A stretch of DNA of 64,000 bases from NCBI GenBank assembly GCA_963676565.1, contig OY781089.1, positions 3,232,001-3,296,000 on the forward strand. The letters are read 5' to 3'. Shown here one piece after another: positions 51,132-64,000 of this stretch. The position numbers were made by a program, and so were the translations under genes. Numbering within the stretch: position 1 is the stretch's first letter; every line of letters starts with the position of its first letter. Source of the DNA: Halarcobacter sp. (GTDB taxonomy: Bacteria > Campylobacterota > Campylobacteria > Campylobacterales > Arcobacteraceae). The notes below the pieces were generated by a model. The model worked only from the letters and a program-made list of their open reading frames with translations, did no database searches and was not told where the DNA came from.

Positions 51132-52304
51132 TTATGATTTAATTCTAATCAATGTTTTTGCATATCTTATGCTCCAGATAATAAACATAAATATCCACAG
51201 CCATGAACTAAGATGTAAAAATCCCATATAAAAAGAAGATTCATTTAAAAATAAGACAGAAGCTAGAACTCTTGTAACAACAACTACCTGAGTTAATCCA
51301 AACACAAATTTTGTAATTTTATCAGCAACTATTTTTTGAGCAGGAACTGCATGTCCCATCACCACCCTACTTCCAAAGCCTATAAGCAATGTTGCTACGA
51401 ATCCTAAAGCAAAAATATGAAGTGCTAGTTTTAAAGAATAAATTTCAAATATAGATTCAATAAATAATGCAACAAAACCAATAATAAGCCAAATAAATGA
51501 TATAACCAATATAAAAATAATAGCAGGCGATTTTTTATAAATATTTAGATTCATCACAATATATGTAAAAAACAATGTAGATATAAAAGATGTGATTTTT
51601 AACAGAAATAAAAATTCAAACTCTAAAGAGATACCTAATGCCAAAAATAGCCCTACAGAAATCTCCCTTATATATTTTGGCTTATCCCAAGAGATTGTTT
51701 GCATATATGAACTATAAAAGGCTGGTATCATTCTTTGTGCAACTAAAAATACCAAACTAACTAGATATGCAAAAAATATTAATAAAGATAGGTTCTTTTG
51801 AAAAAGAACTTCTAAAATTAAAAAAATAGCTCCAAATAAAAAAACTAGATTTAAATATATACTATCCTTTTTAAATGAAACATGACCTTGTTTTATAGTA
51901 TAATAGAATACTTTCACAAAATAAAACATTGTAAAAGATACTAAAATCTTACCTATATTTGTAAAACCTAATAAAGATAAAATAATTCCTATTTGAAAGA
52001 CAAACCATGTATTTAAATAAATCTTCTTATCAATCTCTTTAGAGCCATTAAATTTTGGCATTACTGTTATTAAAAAACCTAAAAAAGCATTTGTAAATAC
52101 TGCATAGTTTAATCCAAAGCCATGTATTAATGAAAAATCTAAAGAGACTTTTCCTAAAAATGAAATAAATGTTAAAAGCATAATAACTAATGCGAAAAAT
52201 ATTGAACTAATAAAATATAATTGATGGGATTGAGAAGTAAATCTATCCCACCATTTCTCTTCTATTTTTGGTGTAAAACCATTGGGGTTTGCTGAAAATT
52301 GCAT
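51132..52304 (-). CDS. nnrS: NnrS family membrane protein
   Basis: GFLITVMPKF, RMIPAF, LH..ALGF..GFGSRVVMGH. Confidence 0.85.
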   Translation of the reverse strand: MQFSANPNGFTPKIEEKWWDRFTSQSHQLYFISSIFFALVIMLLTFISFLGKVSLDFSLIHGFGLNYAVFTNAFLGFLITVMPKFNGSKEIDKKIYLNTWFVFQIGIILSLLGFTNIGKILVSFTMFYFVKVFYYTIKQGHVSFKKDSIYLNLVFLFGAIFLILEVLFQKNLSLLIFFAYLVSLVFLVAQRMIPAFYSSYMQTISWDKPKYIREISVGLFLALGISLEFEFLFLLKITSFISTLFFTYIVMNLNIYKKSPAIIFILVISFIWLIIGFVALFIESIFEIYSLKLALHIFALGFVATLLIGFGSRVVMGHAVPAQKIVADKITKFVFGLTQVVVVTRVLASVLFLNESSFYMGFLHLSSWLWIFMFIIWSIRYAKTLIRIKS

Positions 52305-52349
52305 TTTAAATTCCTTAAATGAAAAACATTGATAGGATAATAACAGTAT

Positions 52350-52410
52350 TGATAATGTTTATCATTGATATAAATCAAGATGATTTAGATAAGGCTTTGA
52401 TTACAATCAA
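52350..52410. promoter_or_regulatory. Fur/PerR-like box plus two back-to-back Nss boxes
   Basis: TGATAAT-G-TTTATCA 52350-52364; TTGATATAAATCAA 52365-52378; TTGATTACAATCAA 52397-52410. Confidence 0.75.
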
Positions 52411-52461
52411 TAGTTTTTTTAGATTTTTATATTATGATATTAAAAATACATTAGGATAGTT

Positions 52462-52644
52462 ATGTTTTTTAATTTATTTAAGAAAAAAGAATGGAAGAAT
52501 GAAAAAAAACCAATTTATGTTTGTAAACATTGTAAACTAACATGTAAATCATGTGATTCTATTTATTGTTTTACATGTTATGTAAATAATGCAAACCCAT
52601 GTCCTAGATGTGGAAAAAGGAACATTGACTACAAAGCCAATTGA
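52462..52644 (+). CDS. Small Cys-rich protein (four CxxC)
   Basis: AGGA SD; CKHC, CKSC, CFTC, CPRC; own Nss-type promoter. Confidence 0.72.
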   Translation: MFFNLFKKKEWKNEKKPIYVCKHCKLTCKSCDSIYCFTCYVNNANPCPRCGKRNIDYKAN

Positions 52645-52666
52645 CCTTTTTTATTTAGCTTTTATT

Positions 52667-53446
52667 TTATTTATTTGTAAAAGTAGCTTTTCTTTTTTCA
52701 ATAAAAGCATTCATTCCTTCAGTTTTATCTTCTAAAGAAAAAGTTGAATAAAAAGACTTTCTTTCATTTTTAAGTCCCACTTCTAAGCTAGATTCATAAG
52801 CATTATCTATTGATTCTTTTATTAGTTTTACAACTGGTTGACTCATTGATGCAATCTTTGAAGCAATTTCAATTGCATCATCTATTACTTCTCCTTTAGT
52901 ACTAACTTTTGCAACAACTCCATAATCTTTTGCTTCATTTGCATCTATTGTTTCTCCTGTTAAGCACATAAGCATAGCTTTTGATTTTCCTACAGCTCTT
53001 GTTAATCTTTGAGTTCCACCAATTCCTGGCATAGTCCCTATTGTGATTTCAGGTTGTCCAAACTTTGCACTTGTATCACAAATGGTAATATCACATAAAA
53101 GAGCCAATTCACAACCTCCACCAAGGGCAACTCCAGAGACTGCTGCAATGATTGGTTTTTTATGATTTTCTAGATTATTCCACTCTTTAGTTATGAAATC
53201 ATTGTTATATGCAGTTGCAAAATCTAAAGTTGATAACTCTTTTATATCTGCTCCAGCTGCAAATACATTTTCTCCACCTGTTAAAACAATTGCACCTATG
53301 CTTTTATCTTCTTCAAATTTTTTAATTGCATCTGAAACTTCATTTATCAATGCAGATGATAATGCATTATAAGCTTTAGGTCTATTTAGGGTAATTAAGC
53401 CAACAGTGTTATTCCTCTTTTCAACTATAATGTATTTATATTCCAT
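52667..53446 (-). CDS. Enoyl-CoA hydratase (possible acryloyl-CoA hydratase, AcuH/AcuK-like)
   Basis: LNRPKAYNAL, FAAGADIKE, ALGGGCEL, FGQPE, GGTQRL. Confidence 0.92.
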   Translation of the reverse strand: MEYKYIIVEKRNNTVGLITLNRPKAYNALSSALINEVSDAIKKFEEDKSIGAIVLTGGENVFAAGADIKELSTLDFATAYNNDFITKEWNNLENHKKPIIAAVSGVALGGGCELALLCDITICDTSAKFGQPEITIGTMPGIGGTQRLTRAVGKSKAMLMCLTGETIDANEAKDYGVVAKVSTKGEVIDDAIEIASKIASMSQPVVKLIKESIDNAYESSLEVGLKNERKSFYSTFSLEDKTEGMNAFIEKRKATFTNK

Positions 53447-53470
53447 CTCTTTGCCCCTTAAGTTTTTTAA

Positions 53471-53505
53471 TTAGTATGAATTAATAGATTATTAATCCAT
53501 ACTAA
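53471..53505. other. AT-rich hairpin between dddY and the hydratase gene
   Basis: TTAGTATGAATTAATA-GAT-TATTAATCCATACTAA. Confidence 0.55.
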
Positions 53506-53529
53506 TATATTAAATTATAACTTAATCTA

Positions 53530-54810
53530 TTACCATTTAGTATGAGTTAAATCACACTGTATCATTTCACCTCTATGTGCTGGAGTTCCAGGTTTTTCAG
53601 CAGATTCACATAATAAAGTTGTGCCATAATCATTTCTTTTATCATGTGCATTACTTCTTGCCCATACTGAAACTATTGCTCTTTCTTCTGGTTTTGCTTC
53701 ACAATCACCATCTACTTCAAAAGCATGAATAGTATTTTGATGGAAATACATTAATGGGTCTTTATCATAGCTTCCTTCTGCCCACATCTCATGTTCGTGC
53801 TCTTGTCCTGCATCAAATTGAACTCTTCTCATTTTATCATCAACTTTTACAGTTTTTAATAGCTTTGAATCCTCTTTTATTGCAAAACTTTTAAACTGTT
53901 TTGTACAAGCTGGAACTCTCATATTATAATAGATTTCAGAGATTGCATGATTATGATAAGGGTATAGTGTGTCTACTGATTGTACAGTCATACCAACCTC
54001 TGCACCCACTTTTTGTCCATTTATTTCGTCTATTCTTAAAAGACCCCAATGTCCAAAAATTTCTGCATATGCATATCCTCCACGAATATTAAAAAAGTTT
54101 TTGTCATTTCTTTTGCTCTCTTCAGCATACATTGGGAACCAACCTGCTGCTGCCCATAGGTTTGGTAATGCATTTGCACTTATATCATAAGGAAAAGCTG
54201 AAGGCATTTTAACTTCATCTCCTGTTACCATTTTATGAAAGTTTTGAGTAAAACTTTTTCCTAATTTTTGTACCTCTTTATTTGTAACTTTTTCTTTGAA
54301 AAACTCTTTAAATGTCGTACGATTAAGCCATTTTGCCACAGGTGAAGATTTTTCCATCTCTTTACTTGGACTATATATCCAATTAACATCTTCTCTTGCA
54401 CTAAAGCATGCTTTTGCTTTATCTGGATTGTTTACTACTTGATAGATGTTTTTTACCATTAGTTTCATATCTCTTCTATCCATAATACACATTTTTCTGT
54501 TTCCATTAGTTGTGTCAATTACAGCTTCATCTGAATTTAAACATTCACTATTTTCAGGTGTTGTTAACGCTATGGCATAGGCATTTAAATATTGAAGTGT
54601 TTCATCCCATAAAATATCTATGTATTTCTGTTCTTCTTTAGAATAATCATTTTTTGTAGGTAAACATTTAAACTCTGCATTAATGATGTCATTTTTATCC
54701 AAAAAATTTGGAAGTTCACTTGCTTGTGAATTAACCATCAATGATAAGCCCAATATCAAAGATGATACACCTTTTACATAAATTTTTTTTAACTTTTCTT
54801 CTTTTCTCAT
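53530..54810 (-). CDS. dddY: Periplasmic DMSP lyase DddY
   Basis: signal peptide; GGYAYAEIFGHWG, cupin motif YPYHNHAISEIYY, NTIHAF, several Cys. Confidence 0.88.
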   Translation of the reverse strand: MRKEEKLKKIYVKGVSSLILGLSLMVNSQASELPNFLDKNDIINAEFKCLPTKNDYSKEEQKYIDILWDETLQYLNAYAIALTTPENSECLNSDEAVIDTTNGNRKMCIMDRRDMKLMVKNIYQVVNNPDKAKACFSAREDVNWIYSPSKEMEKSSPVAKWLNRTTFKEFFKEKVTNKEVQKLGKSFTQNFHKMVTGDEVKMPSAFPYDISANALPNLWAAAGWFPMYAEESKRNDKNFFNIRGGYAYAEIFGHWGLLRIDEINGQKVGAEVGMTVQSVDTLYPYHNHAISEIYYNMRVPACTKQFKSFAIKEDSKLLKTVKVDDKMRRVQFDAGQEHEHEMWAEGSYDKDPLMYFHQNTIHAFEVDGDCEAKPEERAIVSVWARSNAHDKRNDYGTTLLCESAEKPGTPAHRGEMIQCDLTHTKW

Positions 54811-55224
54811 AATTTCCCCTTAAAGTTTTATCAAGAAAAGTCTAACTCATTTAAATTAGAAAAGCAAGTACTTACTAAAAAGATAGGTACTATCTTAAAA
54901 GATACTTTTGAATAAGATTTGTATTAGTATTTCCTATAAAAAGGGGGAATTTACTATATTATATTTAGTTTAAATTTTTTTAAATAAATAGATATTATTA
55001 AGACTAATATTAATGAAAACAATAAATTAAAGTTTAAAATGTTTAATTTTTATTAGAAAAAAATTAATTAAATGAAACTTATTGTAGAAGTCATTAATAA
55101 TAAATATATATAACTATTATTTAGTTCTATTTAAAAGAAGATAATATAAAGCCTTGTATTTAAAAACTCTATGATTAAGTAATAATACAATTTTATTTTT
55201 CTTAATATAAAAGAAAGAGAGATT

Positions 55225-55249
55225 AAATAAGCCTATAAAGGCTTATTTT
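55225..55249 (-). terminator. Hairpin after the YciI gene
   Basis: AAATAAGCCT-ATAA-AGGCTTATTT. Confidence 0.6.
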
Positions 55250-55251
55250 AT

Positions 55252-55548
55252 TTATTGGTTTTTTGGAAGTAACTTTACTGGAACGATTTGGAAATCTTCC
55301 ATATTCCAAACGCCATTAGTTACATATGGTTCATTTTCTAACCACTCATTGATTTCATCGTCATTTTCAAAATCCACAAAAAGTGTAGAACCAACCATTT
55401 TATCTTCTTCTATAAGAGCCCCTGCTTCTATAATCTTACCTTCAGACATAAGTTTTTTTGCTCCTTCTACGTGAGCATCTCTAACTTCAAGTCTTTTCTC
55501 TAAAGCACCATCATTGTCATACGCGATTACTAAATATTGCATTGGCAA
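55252..55548 (-). CDS. YciI family protein
   Basis: RLEVRDAH, AGAL, MVGS, EPYV..GVW. Confidence 0.9.
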   Translation of the reverse strand: MPMQYLVIAYDNDGALEKRLEVRDAHVEGAKKLMSEGKIIEAGALIEEDKMVGSTLFVDFENDDEINEWLENEPYVTNGVWNMEDFQIVPVKLLPKNQ

Positions 55549-55635
55549 CTCCTATATAATTTGTTGAAGGAAGTATAACATAGTAACTTAAAAAGAAAAG
55601 GATAGATGAGATTTTTTTAAAGAAAATATTAAAAC

Positions 55636-56019
55636 TTAGAAATAACTAACTGCAAAAAGAAAGGTGATTGGATATATTAAAGCGTTCATATATCTAAATA
55701 AAAAGTTCATTTGTATATTTGGCATAATATCTTGTAAATCAATACCTTGAGACATTTTAGTTAAAAGATTTAATTTAAATGCAATATCTAAAAATTTCAA
55801 TCCAACTATACTTAACATCAAAAAACCATTATTTTGTAAAAAAATTACTAAAAAAATAGAATAGATAAAACTTGGATTTAATAAGAAAAAGTAGATTATT
55901 CCCTTTTGATAAATAGAATAATTGTTATATAAAACTCCGTGAAGAGTATCAGATTTTTGCCAATTTGACTCAAAAAGTTCTAAGGCTATAAAGATTAAAA
56001 ATAAAGATAAAAAATCCAT
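55636..56019 (-). CDS. Hypothetical membrane protein
   Basis: hydrophobic 127-aa ORF just after rpoC. Confidence 0.75.
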   Translation of the reverse strand: MDFLSLFLIFIALELFESNWQKSDTLHGVLYNNYSIYQKGIIYFFLLNPSFIYSIFLVIFLQNNGFLMLSIVGLKFLDIAFKLNLLTKMSQGIDLQDIMPNIQMNFLFRYMNALIYPITFLFAVSYF

Positions 56020-56048
56020 AGTTTAACATTAGGGTTACCCCTAATGTT

Positions 56049-64000
<7,952 letters not shown>

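Noticed and set aside
54900..55224. Long AT-rich spacer upstream of dddY as a hidden gene or IS remnant
   Set aside because: No credible ORF, terminal inverted repeats or stable structure visible.

Overview
Very AT-rich chromosomal segment from a Campylobacterota bacterium, most likely Arcobacteraceae (inferred from gene content: unfused rpoB/rpoC, napAGHBFLD, nrfHAI, dddY). It runs from rpoB (partial)-rpoC at the right end to rpsL-rpsG-fusA at the left end, all on the minus strand. About 52 kb of accessory genes lie between rpoC and rpsL: a PotABCD-like ABC transporter with a glycerophosphodiester phosphodiesterase, two Ni/Co-type uptake operons, an MCP, hydrolases, a nitrate-to-ammonium respiration block (nap, nrf, two Crp/Fnr Nss-type regulators, a NarX-type sensor, hemerythrin module, NnrS), a LetAB/PqiAB MCE system, signalling proteins, and the DMSP lyase DddY with an enoyl-CoA hydratase. 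I found no tRNA, rRNA, CRISPR array or transposase. The most interesting signals are non-coding. (1) Nine TTGA-N6-TCAA boxes sit at a fixed distance from -10 hexamers, and one of them appears to drive a ~50-nt ORF-less RNA next to napA. (2) A 108-bp tandem structured repeat with compensatory base changes follows fusA. (3) A 20-bp promoter motif is shared by the two metal-uptake operons. (4) There are a multibranched leader before rpsL and an anti-Shine-Dalgarno hairpin after nrfA. All calls were made by eye from sequence and motif recognition; no database searches were run.
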